Positions 53,301-64,000 of a DNA stretch of 64,000 bases are shown piece after piece (the first letter of the stretch is position 1; the number at the start of each line of letters is the position of its first letter). The position numbers and the translations under genes are program-made. Source of the DNA: Camelus dromedarius (taxonomy: Eukaryota); assembly GCF_036321535.1 (NCBI RefSeq), contig NC_087437.1, forward strand, positions 67,520,001 through 67,584,000, read 5' to 3'. The notes beneath the pieces were generated by a model. That model was not told where the DNA came from and ran no database searches. It was given only the letters and a program-made list of their open reading frames with translations.

Positions 53301-54215
53301 TGTTTTTAGGAGCATATTGTTTAGTCTCCATGTGTCTGTATTTTTTTTCTCATTTTTCTTGTAATTGATTTCCAGTTTCATGTCATTTTGATCAGAAAAA
53401 AATACACGATATAATTTCTGTCATCTTGACTTTGTTGAAACTTGTGGTATAGCCTGTGATCTATCCTGGAGAACATTCTATGTGCACAAGAAAGAAACGT
53501 GTATTCTGCTGTTTTTGGATATAATGTCCTGTAGATATATATTGAGTCCAACTGGCCTATTATGTCATTTAAGACCACTGTTACTTTATTCTTTTCTGTA
53601 TGGATGATTTGTCCATTGATGTCATTGGGGTGTAACTGTTCCCTAGTATTATTTTATTATTTTCTATTTCTCCCTTTATGACTGATAGTATTTGCTTTAT
53701 ATAGCTAGATGCTGCTGTATTAGATGCATATATGTTAACAAGTGTACTATCCTCTCCTTGTGTTGATCCCTTTATCATTATATAATGCCCTTCTTTGTCT
53801 TTTGTTATAGCCTTTGTTTGAAAGTCTGTTTTGTCTGATATGTGTATTGTTACCCCTGCTTTCTGATTGTCCCTGTTTGCATGAAATATCTTTTTCCATA
53901 TCCTACTTTCAGTCTTTGTGTGTATCTAGCTCTGAAGTGAGTCTCTTGTAGGCAGCATATAGAAGTGAATTATTTTTTTAATCCAGTCAGCCTCCTTATG
54001 TCTTTTGATTGAAGTATTTAGTCCATTTACACTTAAAGTAATATTGATAGGAGTGTACTTATTGCCACTATGTTAATTGTTTGGAGGTGGTTTTTTGTAG
54101 TTCCTTTTTGTTCCTTCCTTCTTCTTTTGTTCTCTTCCTTTGTGATTTGGTGATTATCTTTTGTGTTGTTTGGATTCCTTTCTCTTTTTTGTGTGTATTT
54201 ATTATAGTTTTTTTC
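50388..54215 (-). mobile_element. L1 with almost the whole decayed ORF2, 5'-truncated just upstream of ORF2
   Basis: Minus-strand ORF fragments: VAISTLLSI (ORF2 start near 54069), TLVNIYASN (endonuclease), [44 protein letters not shown] (RT), [25 protein letters not shown]. Many stops and frameshifts. Confidence 0.92.
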
Positions 54216-54224
54216 TATTGACCT

Positions 54225-56960
54225 TTTCATTCAATGCAATTCCAGTAAGATTCTAGCAGTCAAGGTGCTTTTAAAATGAATATGGAAATGCAAAAACCTA
54301 GAATTATACAGCAAATAAACAAAAACTTTGAAAAACAGAAATTGGAGGACTTCAACAGCTTGTTATAAAGCTACAGTAAATAAGAGTGTGTTATATTGAC
54401 ACAAAGATAGAGACAGAACAACATGGCAGAATACAGACTCCAGAAGAAAAAAATCCATTTTTATAAAATCAATAAAGGTACAAGGGAGCTTCAATAGAGA
54501 AAAAAAAGGTTGTTTTTTTTTCCCCCTAACAAATGGCTCTGGAACAGTTAGCTATCCAAATATAAAATGATGAGCCTTTATCAATACCCTATAGCATAGA
54601 CAAAGTTAACTCAAAATGAATCACAGTGCAAAACCTAGAACTACAAAACTTGTAGAAGAAAACAGGAGAAAATCTTTGTGATTTTAAATTAGGCAGACAT
54701 CTTAGATTTGACACCAAAATCACTATCCATAAAAGAACAAATACTTGACAAATTGGATTCTATCAAAATTAATTATTGCTCTTAAAAAGACAATGCTCAG
54801 TTCGATCAGTAGCAGGAGCGGAGAGCAGACCCCAGAGAGCCCTGAGCAGCTCCACCGCCGCTGCTGGCCTAGTTACCATCTCACCCCAAGAGGAGCCACA
54901 GCTGCTGCGGCTGGCCCCAGTCACCATCACCGCAACCACGAGCAGCGAGGCCGAGACTCAGCAGCCGCACGCCGCCCCCGCCCCCGCCCTCAGCGCTGCA
55001 GACACCAAGCCCTGTACAATGGGCAGCGGCGCAGGGAGCGGCGGCCCGGGCGGCCTTACATCTGCGGCGCCTGCCAGTGGGGGCAAGAAGGTCATCGCAA
55101 TGAAGGTTTTGGGAACAGTAAAATGGTTCAATGTAAGAAACGGATATGGCTTCATCAACAGGAATGACACCAAGGAAGATGTATTTGTACACCAGACTGC
55201 CATAAAGAAGAATAACCCCAGGAAGTACCTTCTCAGTGTAGGAGAGGGAGAGACTGTGGAGTTTGATGTTGTTGAAGGAGAAAAGGGTGCGGAGGCAGCA
55301 AATGTTGCAGGCCCTGGTGGAGTTCCAGTGCAAGGCAGTAAACACGCAGCGGACTGTAACCGTTATAGACGCTCTCCACGTCGCAGGTGTCCTCCACGCA
55401 ATTACCAGCAGAACTACCAGAATAGTGAGAGTGGAAAAAAGAATGAGGGATCAGAGAGCGCTCCTGAAGGCCAGGCCCAGCAGCACCGGCCCTACCGCAG
55501 GCGGAGGTTCCCACCTTACTACACGCGGAGGCCCTATGGGCGTCGACCACAATATTCCAACCCTCCTGTGCAGGGAGAAGTGATGAGGGTGCTGACAACC
55601 AAGGTGCGGGAGAACAAGGTAGACCAGTGAGGCAGAATATGTATCGGGGTTATAGACCACGATTCCACAGGGGCCCTCCTCGCTAAAGACAGCCCAGAGA
55701 GGATGGCAATGAAGAAGATAAGGAAAATCAAGATGAGACCCAGGGTCAGCAGCCACCTCAACGTCGGTACCGCTGCAACTTCAATTACTGATGCAGACGC
55801 CCAGAAAACCCCTAAACCACGAGATGGCAAAGAGGCAAAAGCAGCCGATCCACCCGCTGAGAATTCGTCCGCTCCGGAGGCTGAGCAGGGCGGGGCTGAA
55901 TAAATGCCGGCTTACCATCTCTACCATCATCCGGTTTAGTCATCCAACAAGAATAAATGAATATGAAATTCCAGCAATAAGAAATGAACAAAAGATTGAA
56001 GCTGAAGACCTTAAGTGCTTGCTTTTTGCCTGTTGACCAGATAACTAGAACTATCTGCATTACCTATGCAGAATGGGGTTTTATTATTTTCACCTAAAGA
56101 CGTCTCTTTTTGGTAACGACAAACGTGTTTTAAAAAAAAAAAAAGCCTGGTTTTTCTCAATACACCTTTAAAGGTTTTTAAATTATTTCATATCTGGTCA
56201 AGTTGAGATTTTTAAGAATCTCACTTTTAATTTGTAATAAAAGTTTACAGCTTGATTTTTTCCAAAAAAAGTCAACAAACTGCAAGCACCTGTTAATAAA
56301 GGTCTTAAGTAATTAAAAAAAAAAAAAGACAATGCTAAGAGAATGAAAAGACATTCCACAAATTAGAAGAAAATACTTGCAAACCTATATCCAATATAGA
56401 ATTTATTTCTAGAATATATAAAGAAATCTTAAACCTTAATAAGAAAACCAACAACCTAATTTATTAAAATTAAAGATCTTGTTAAATAAAATTTTTTTAA
56501 AATATTTTAAATATTTCTCTTAAATAAAAGAAGATATAGATGTCAAGTAAGCACATGAAAAGAGGCTTATCATTAGTCATCAGGGAAATGCCAGCTAAAA
56601 CTGCAATGAGATAACCTTTCAGAACCAGTAGAATGCTTAACATTTAAAACAAACCAACAAAACCAAAAAATAAAATACCAAGTGCTTGCAAACATATGGA
56701 CAAACAGGAACTCTCATACACTGCCGTTGGGAATGTAAAATGCTACAACTTTGAAAAGCAGTCTGGCAGTCTCTGAATAAGGTATATGCACTTCAACCAC
56801 ATGATCCAGCTATTCCTGTCACAGATATTTTCCGGACATTAAAACATATGTCAGCATAAAGAATTATACACAAATATTTACTGCAGTTTTATTTGTAATA
56901 GCTAAAAACTGGGAAAAACTCAAATGTCCAACAGATGAATGGATAAATGGGAAAAATATA
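54225..56960 (+). mobile_element. Old L1 ORF2 3' half, host of the YBX1 retrocopy
   Basis: L1 sequence is continuous across the insert: ...atcaaaattaattattgctcttaaaaagacaatgct | aagagaatgaaaagacattccacaaattagaagaaaatacttgcaaac... Confidence 0.8.
54798..56327 (+). pseudogene. YBX1: Full-length processed pseudogene of Y-box binding protein 1 (5' UTR, CDS 54938-55903, 3' UTR, poly(A))
   Basis: Intronless SSEAETQQP...[42 protein letters not shown]...[10 protein letters not shown]. Lesions: ATG>ACG (54938), -1 frameshift near 55585, TAA at 55684, TGA at 55789, +1 near 55811. AATAAA at 56295, poly(A) at 56315-56327, TSD aaaaagacaatgct at 54784-54797 and 56323-56336. Confidence 0.97.
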
Positions 56961-57307
56961 GCAACATCATATAATTATAATATCTGTGATGACATGATTT
57001 GGGGTATGACACATTTGGACATTGGCTTCTGTCTTCTATTCCATCCAGTTTTGAATGGTTTCAGAAGAAAATCCTTATTATTTTCTGCAAGAAGAAAGAG
57101 TTATATATTAGGGTACAGTAAAGTTAGGCAGGGAAGAAGAAATTTGTATTATAGGAAATGAATGCAGGGGATGGGTACCCAAGTATTCAGTTTCCCTTAT
57201 ATTCTTTCAGTTTAATCTCCCCTGAGCAGGATGGTGTGATTAGTGCCAGCCAGCTAGGGGAACCCTGGAATTGCTGTCTTTGTCCTGCCAGTCTTAGAGA
57301 GCCACAA

Positions 57308-57816
57308 TGTATCAGCCAGGGATTTCCAGAAAAACAGACCCAATAAGATATATACATGTATAGAGAGAGTTTCATTGTAAGGAATTAGAACATGTGATTA
57401 TAAAGGCTGAGAAATCTCATAGTCTTCCATCTGCAGGCTAGTGGCCCAGGAAAGCCATAGTGTGATTACAGTCAAAGCCCAAAGACCTGAAAACCAGGGG
57501 AGCCCTAGTCTGAGTCCCCAAGAACCAAAGGAGCCCGTGGCCCTAGTGTGAGTTCAGGGGAAGACAGGTGTCCTCGCTCAAGCACTTAGGCAGACAGTTA
57601 GTTCTTCCCTGCTTCGGGTTTTTGTTCTCTTCAGGCCCTCAATAGATTGGATTATGTCCACACAGACTGGGGAGGGTAATCTGATTTAGTTAGTCTACTG
57701 ATTTAAATGCTAATCTCATCAGGAAACACTCTCACCAACATTCAGAAATAATGTTTAGTCAAATATTTGGGTACCTTGTCCTACAGTCAAACAGACAGAT
57801 AAAATTCACCATCACA
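57308..57816 (-). mobile_element. MLT2B-type ERVL solo LTR
   Basis: tgtatcagccagggatttccagaaaaacagaccc...aaggctgagaaatctc...tctactgatttaaatgctaatctcatc...aaaattcaccatcaca. TSD cacaa/cacag. Confidence 0.85.
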
Positions 57817-58049
57817 CACAGGTCCCAGAATACTCCCCACAGCATCTGAGTCAGACCAGCAAACAGGCACCAAGTGGCAACAAAGTGCAGCCCAGATCTG
57901 GACATACTGATTTGCACTGGCAGACCCCAAACTACTGGCAGGTTAGGTGTATGGACTCAAAAATCCTGCCTTTTACAGAGTTGGATTATTATATATCATC
58001 ATCATTATTATTTTTTATTGATAGTATTAGAGTATTTTGCCGACTTTTC

Positions 58050-58900
58050 AATATACTTGCAATATATGTGACAAAATGCATTCTTAATACATAAGGATCG
58101 CTTATATAGTGCAAGGAAGAAAGACAAGTAAATAATTTTTTAAATGGATACATTTATAGAAGAATACAGAGGACCAGTGTACTTTGTGGAAAAACAAGCT
58201 GTACTAAAAATCACAGAAATGCAAATTAAAGCAAAACAGCATGAATGTTTGTACATCAGATGGGAAAGAATGTTGTGAAAGATTGAAAATTTTTGGTTTT
58301 GATGTGTTTATGAGGAAATAGGGATTATCTTCCAATGTTGGTGGAAATGTAAATTGGCACAAGTTTTTTTGAAAAGCAATTTTCTAGATTTTATCAGATG
58401 TAAAACACACATAACCTCTGACCTAGAAATTTCATGTTTTGACTCTATGCCAGAGAAATACTCACATATGGGCACAAACTTATATACAAGGATATTGAGT
58501 TTGTCGTTGTAAATAGCAAAAAAACGAAACAAAACAAAAACACATGCACACAATGTTCATTCATGAAGGTAAAATTTACTTATGGTGTATGTAGGTAATT
58601 TAATACTATGTGGCTATTGCAAAGGTGATGGATGTATTCACACTACCATGGAGACACTGGCATTGTTCACGTTGTACACTATATGGGAAAAAGTCACAGA
58701 AATACATTTATAAATAGGATCCTGTTATTGAACTATGTACATGCAGATAGGTACATTTGTAAATTCATTGAAACTAATCTAGAAGAAAACATTTCAGGTT
58801 AGCTTTTAATGAAGTTTCTCTTTAAGGAGGGAGGTGGAAAAGGAGTGGTGAGAGGCCAAAAGGCACTGTTACCAAATCATCCTACAAACTCATAATTTAT
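58050..58900 (+). mobile_element. Old L1ME-type 3' remnant
   Basis: gaaatgcaaattaaagcaa, tgttggtggaaatgtaaattggcacaa, ctctgacctagaaatttc. Confidence 0.6.
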
Positions 58901-60004
58901 TGCAATTAAAAAAATAATGAAATCGAAAAACATTAGCATGACTTGACATCTGAGTAAAATATGTGCATGGGTGAATTGGAATCAGTTGACAGTATCTCTA
59001 AGACATTTAGAATTTGGATTGATGGTATTCAGTGAAAGATAAGTGGGAAAGATTTTATTTAATATGAGAGAAGAATATGGTTATTATTACTATTTGAGAA
59101 CTGCTGAATTTTTAGTTCCTTTGGTTTAACAGAGTGCTCTTCCAAAGTAGTTATATAAAATGTAATGCTCATTACCATGAATATCTGTATCAGAACAGTT
59201 TTTTCATTGAATATTAAAATCATTTAGGAGTCTGTAAGAAGTAAGTAAAGAATGGTTAAAAATATATTTATAAAAAATGTGAAATTTTCTACCCCAGAGT
59301 GTTTGGTATCAGCTCATGTATGATATTATTTTCAGTTCATTCAATTGTTTTGTCTATTTGTTCTTCTATCTTTTCTTTCTCTCTTAAAGACGTACAGGGG
59401 ATTTACAACAGAGCTTTTAAAGATGAATAGTTAAACAAAGGGGAAAGGGTATTTCAAACAGAGAGAACTAGAGAGAAGGAAAATCAGAAGAACCTGGCAC
59501 AGTCATAACTCTACAACACACATCTTATTACTGACATTTGAAGAGGAGAAATTTCTGCAGGGATAAGACTGGGGATGGGCTGTGTTCAGAAATTTCTCAA
59601 GAATGGTTCATTGACAGATTGGCTGGCAGGTTTCACCCAGAGGTTTAGAATGGGCATCTTATCTTCCAGATGGATCACTGTTGTGGGACAATCAGGTGAG
59701 TCATAACAGAGGCCACTATTTCTCAGTTTGGGGACTAGAGGGAAGTGATCTGAAGACTGAAGAACTCATGAGCTCCTTCTGAAGTAAATCACTTCCTGAC
59801 TAAGATCTCCTCAGAACAATCTCTAGAAGCCATCTCAGCTTACAAACTTTACTTGGTTATTAAAGAAAATAAGGAGCATGGGATTTTAAAGTTGACTTTA
59901 TGAAGAATGACTGGAATATATGTCAGGGCCAAAGTCAGGCAATACACTAAGTTTGTCCTAGAATATAATTTCTGACACTTTTACATATTAACTGGAATCA
60001 GAAA

Positions 60005-60117
60005 TAATGAAAAAGAATATGAAAACGAATATATGTATCTGCATGACTGGAACATTGTGCTGTATGCCAGAAATTGATACATTATAGTTGACTATACTTC
60101 AATTAAAAAAAAAAAAA
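60005..60117 (+). mobile_element. Short, younger L1 3'-end insertion with poly(A)
   Basis: taatgaaaaagaatatgaaaacgaatatatg...gcatgactggaacattgtgctgtatgccagaaattga...tatacttcaattaaaaaaa is the reverse-complement homolog of 40114-40224. Confidence 0.75.
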
Positions 60118-61019
60118 GCAGAACCAAAATTTTTGAGTGCCAACCTGAAAAATAAAAGAACTGTTAATGTTAAACAGGACCCACAAAAATTTGAGAGTAT
60201 GATGTAGAGAAGGCAAATTGCAGAAAAATTATTAGAACATTTTTTTCAACCTGTATTCTGTTTACTGCACATATCATTGTGTAGATAACAAAAACAATGA
60301 AAGTAAAATTTAAACTCAAAAGGAATTTGTCTTCTGATCCAAATTTTAATGGGATAAAGATATTATCAATTAGGTGAAAGACCCATTTATTAACAAATGA
60401 GTAAGTTTATCAACCATCAACAAGCAAACATGGTACAAATACAATGCTACCCATCACGAGGTACTTGAGATAACAGCCAACTTAGTATACAAGTGAGCAA
60501 ATGGAAAGTCAATTTATGTTATTTACAGTCTCCTAAAGATTACATTAAGGAAATAATTAAAAGGATGATAATTCTAAAACATCTGAGTGCCATTTACATA
60601 TCTTCATTTGAGAGGGAGGAGAAAATTATCCTTTAGAACAGGATGATCTGGGTTTCAGGACTTGGCAAAAAAGAAATGATTCTAAACCTTCTTTCTGAGT
60701 CTGCTTTCCAGTGAACTGCATTCAGTGACATTTTTAAATTTCTGGTGCTCATTTTACTTCCCTAACTGCTTCTGTTCTGTAATCTTCACTGGGTTCCCTT
60801 TACATATTTCCCTTCCTCTCACCTCCATGTTATCATCCACTATGAGTTAACACTCTCTTTACAAGAAACTTGGAAAACATGGATATTCTAATGACTTTAG
60901 CTAGTATCTTCATCCAGACCCTTTCTATAAACTTCATTACAATATTTCTCACTACTCACAGATGTCTTCAAGTCAGCGCCATTCAAACTGACTTCAGGGA
61001 ACATAAATCCTCATCCGTG

Positions 61020-62050
61020 TTTCATATTGTGCTGGCTGCTGGGGATTACAAAATGAATAAAACCTAGATCCTCTTCATAAGAATTTTAGTAGCAAAACCG
61101 GATACCTACATAAATAGCCACAGTGTACTACCATGAGTGGCAAAATTATTTCTACAAAATGGTGAGAATTTCAGTTCTTTCAACTGGGGCAAAGAGAGGC
61201 TTTGAAAAATGTGACTTTTGCCAGGTCTTGAGGGATGAATAGGACTTAAGTGGTAAACAGGAGTGGAAGAAGAGCTTAATAGTCTAGAAGAACAGTATAG
61301 ACAGAGCATCTGTGCACTGAATTCTGTAGTGTGTTTGAGGGTCAGTGAAGAATCCAGTGTGGCCAGACCCATTGCTGGAAATGGGTCACAAAGTAGCCTG
61401 GAGTCAGGCTTGAAGAAGTCAGTGCTAGGTTTAGGGGCTGTCATATAGTGTCTGAGAAAGTCATTGATAGTAGTATTGTAAAAATACAGTTTGGGGAAAA
61501 GTTTGGAATGAAGGTAGATTTTAGAAATTAGATCTGTTGCAATACTGCCAGGGAAATAATAAGGATAGAACAGATAGGCAAGTGAAATGTGGGGGCTGGA
61601 ACAAAGGAAATAGTTTTAAGAGCCTTTCAATAGTATCCACATGATTTTGAAAAGCAAGGAGAATTTTACATATTCAGGGACAAATGATGGTGGTTGAGAA
61701 ATGGAAGATGTCAAGAACTACTTAAATTTTTAGCTTGGGCATCACAGAGAGTGATGCTGTTAACTAAGAAAAAGGGTAGGATTGGATGGAAGGATAGATT
61801 CCATTTTGTATGTGTTGGCTCTTGTTCATGCAGGTGGAAGTATTAAGTAGAGACCAGCACAGTTAGTCTGGAGTTTAGGAGAGAGACGGGCTGGAGATAG
61901 ACCTTTGGGAGACATCAGCACGAATGTGATAGTGAAACTTTGAGAGTGGAGAAGTTACTCAGAGAAAGAATAAAGAATGAGAGGAGAGGCAAGGATATCA
62001 CATTGGTGAGAAAGTTGGAATCATTGCTGAGGAGGAAGGCAGGAAGAAAG
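61020..62050 (-). mobile_element. L2 remnant
   Basis: ctggggattacaaaatgaataaaac, gtgtttgagggtcagtgaagaatccagtgtggc, gtctggagtttaggagagagacgggctggagatagacctttgggagacatcagca. Confidence 0.65.
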
Positions 62051-64000
62051 ATCCAGTAGGAGGCATTTCACATGAATATCTTTCTGCCTTTTAAAACTTT
62101 ATTTGCTCAAAGCCATTAATTAGTCTTCCTGTAACCAGTTTCTTCTTGCTCTTCCATTCTTGTTCATAGAGTCAACATTGTTCCTTGAAACTAGAATGCA
62201 AACTTTGGAGCTATGATCTTAGTAGTCCTCTGTCTCTCTCCATGTTTACTTTAGATTCCTTCTCATAAAAATTTCTTCTATTTTCATCTTTTCCACTCTG
62301 GCCTTCTTCCCCTTTGATCTACAACATCTCATGCCTCTAACGCTGCAATGACTTACCCAGTATTTCTCTCCTGGTGCTCCTGCCTTCTCATCACTAATGT
62401 ATTGATCTTCTTAAAACATGTCTTTGATTATATTGAGGGCAGGAGTGTTCATTATCTCCACATTAGTTACAGAATTGAGGTCAGACTGCCTTATTTGTCA
62501 TTCACCTTCTTTCCCAGTTGAGTTCCACCTTCTTTGTGAAGACTTCTACTGCTGCCTTCATGAGTGTTTTGTCGAGAACAGTTGTTCCATGGATGGTAAC
62601 CCTGGCAGTAACTCGACTTCTGTCCCTTTGGTCATCTTTATTCCATTTTACTCCCATTATTTCTGTAATTCCTCAGTGTATTTCAAGCCCAAATATCACA
62701 TTTCTATGGTTCTCATTTTGAAAACTACTTATTTGTATCCTATCATAAACAAGTATTGTTAATTTTTTTATGCATTTGTGTCTCTAAACTGCATGTGCCT
62801 TAAAAACAGGAACTGTCTTAACCTCTCCTTTGTCTACTCCATGATCCTACACGCACCAGGGGCAAAGTTTGGCTTATGTGATTCTCGAGGATATAGTGGG
62901 TAAATGAAAATAATCATGGGATTATTAATTATAAATTTTGAGAGGAATTTTTCAAACCTCCTAAGGATTTGTAGCAGCATAGTGATTTTACAACACAAAT
63001 AGTATTATATTGCTCACCTTCCCCTAAAACAATCTTCTTGGAAAAGTGAACCTTATAATATTTCTAAGCAAAATTATAGTTTGTTTGATATTCTGTTGTT
63101 TTGCATACTTTTGTTGTGTCTGGATGTCAGGAAAGCATATCAATACAAAACTCAGTGGGCTAACACTCCAAGTTTCTCCCTCTTGACCCACCTGAATTAC
63201 TGGGAAGGCTGGTGCAGCTTTAAATTACTGTTTCCGTCAACATCAAAAGAACAGCTATCATCATGTAATACATATTAATACCAGAGCAGATCAACTTGAG
63301 GCTCACCTGGGGGGCTCCGATGACTGGTGGTTCCTGAATCATTTGCAGAGCAGACTATTTTGTATGTGAGTGAAATATACTACTTCTTAGACAGAAACAT
63401 TCTTTGGGACTCTTTTAGTTTTATGGTCACTTCTATGTTTCCCTTTTGCCATATATTTTAAAGGCACACCTGATTCTCCTGTGTTCTTTCATGCACAGCC
63501 CATTGCCTGGCTGGTGGGCACAGTGCTAAAGCTCACCTCCTCTGCACAGCTTGTTAATTTCTGCTCTGCTCATGCTCTGCTGTGGTCAGGGAACATTTTC
63601 TAGTCCTCTTATCCATAACCACTGATTCCCTATTTGAGATCCATGCAATTTTTCCTTTTAAAAGAATAGCCTTGCCTCATACATGTGGAAATCCATTGTG
63701 TTTATTGCCAGTGTCATTTTGAATTCTCATCTTAACCGGAATGTTGCTAAATATCTCTACCAACCTACGTTTTTATCCCATTACCGAGGACACTGATGAA
63801 CTTTAAAAAAAAAAAAAAAAATTGGTCCCAGTATTCACCCTGGCAGAACACTGCTTCCTATGTCCCCTCTGGGTAACATTACTCTTATGGAGGAAATTTA
63901 TTCTGAATGACCCTCCAACTAGCAATTAGGCAGTCTGGGCCATAATTTCTCATCAAATTGATAATGGTGTAATGAAGGAAAGAATGTAAAGCTTTGCTAA

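Noticed and set aside
50460..54230. Active reverse transcriptase/endonuclease gene
   Set aside because: L1 ORF2 is broken into short fragments by many stops and frameshifts, and the element lacks ORF1 and a promoter.
54776..55630. 284-aa ORF as a functional YBX1 CDS
   Set aside because: It starts at a TTG in the flanking L1 and reads through the TSD and 5' UTR. The true ATG is mutated and the C-terminus is frameshifted.
54745..56060. Long alternative-frame and antisense ORFs (140, 154, 121, 101 aa) over YBX1
   Set aside because: Expected by-products of GC-rich, stop-poor coding sequence, with no independent support.
48960..56960. A single old + strand L1 split by the LTR, the minus-strand L1 and YBX1
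   Set aside because: Sequences near 50230 and 54230 appear to cover the same ORF2 position, and no convincing TSD flanks the minus-strand L1, so they are treated as separate elements.
1..64000. Repeat strand bias as evidence of lying inside a gene's intron
   Set aside because: Large L1 and LTR copies occur on both strands, so there is no usable bias.

Overview
Mammalian, AT-rich, repeat-dominated intergenic or intronic DNA. It is probably from a camelid, because it carries a Vic-1-like tRNA-derived SINE. I cannot support any intact protein-coding gene. The only securely identified gene-derived sequence is a full-length processed YBX1 pseudogene (54798-56327, +) with a poly(A) tail and a 14-bp target-site duplication (TSD), inserted into an old L1. 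The rest is layered L1 copies of several ages, MLT1/MLT2/MER21/LTR33-like LTRs, and MIR, L2 and L3 remnants. The most notable observations are: (1) the YBX1 copy lost its ATG, gained a new Kozak ATG, and frameshifts near the known YB-1 proteasome cleavage site, leaving a 203-aa ORF with the cold-shock domain; (2) an ancient CR1 ORF2 fossil is still readable as protein (7765-8137); (3) an unexplained, near-perfect 65/72-bp inverted repeat encloses a tandem duplication and RFX/ETS-like motifs (27218-27696); (4) one L1 is 5'-inverted (twin-primed); and (5) several + strand exon-like segments have decayed C-type-lectin/CUB-like motifs that could belong to a fossil gene, which is speculative. Repeat family names come from recalled consensus sequences and need RepeatMasker/Dfam confirmation. 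Boundaries without a TSD are approximate. I found no convincing evidence of a new biological system.
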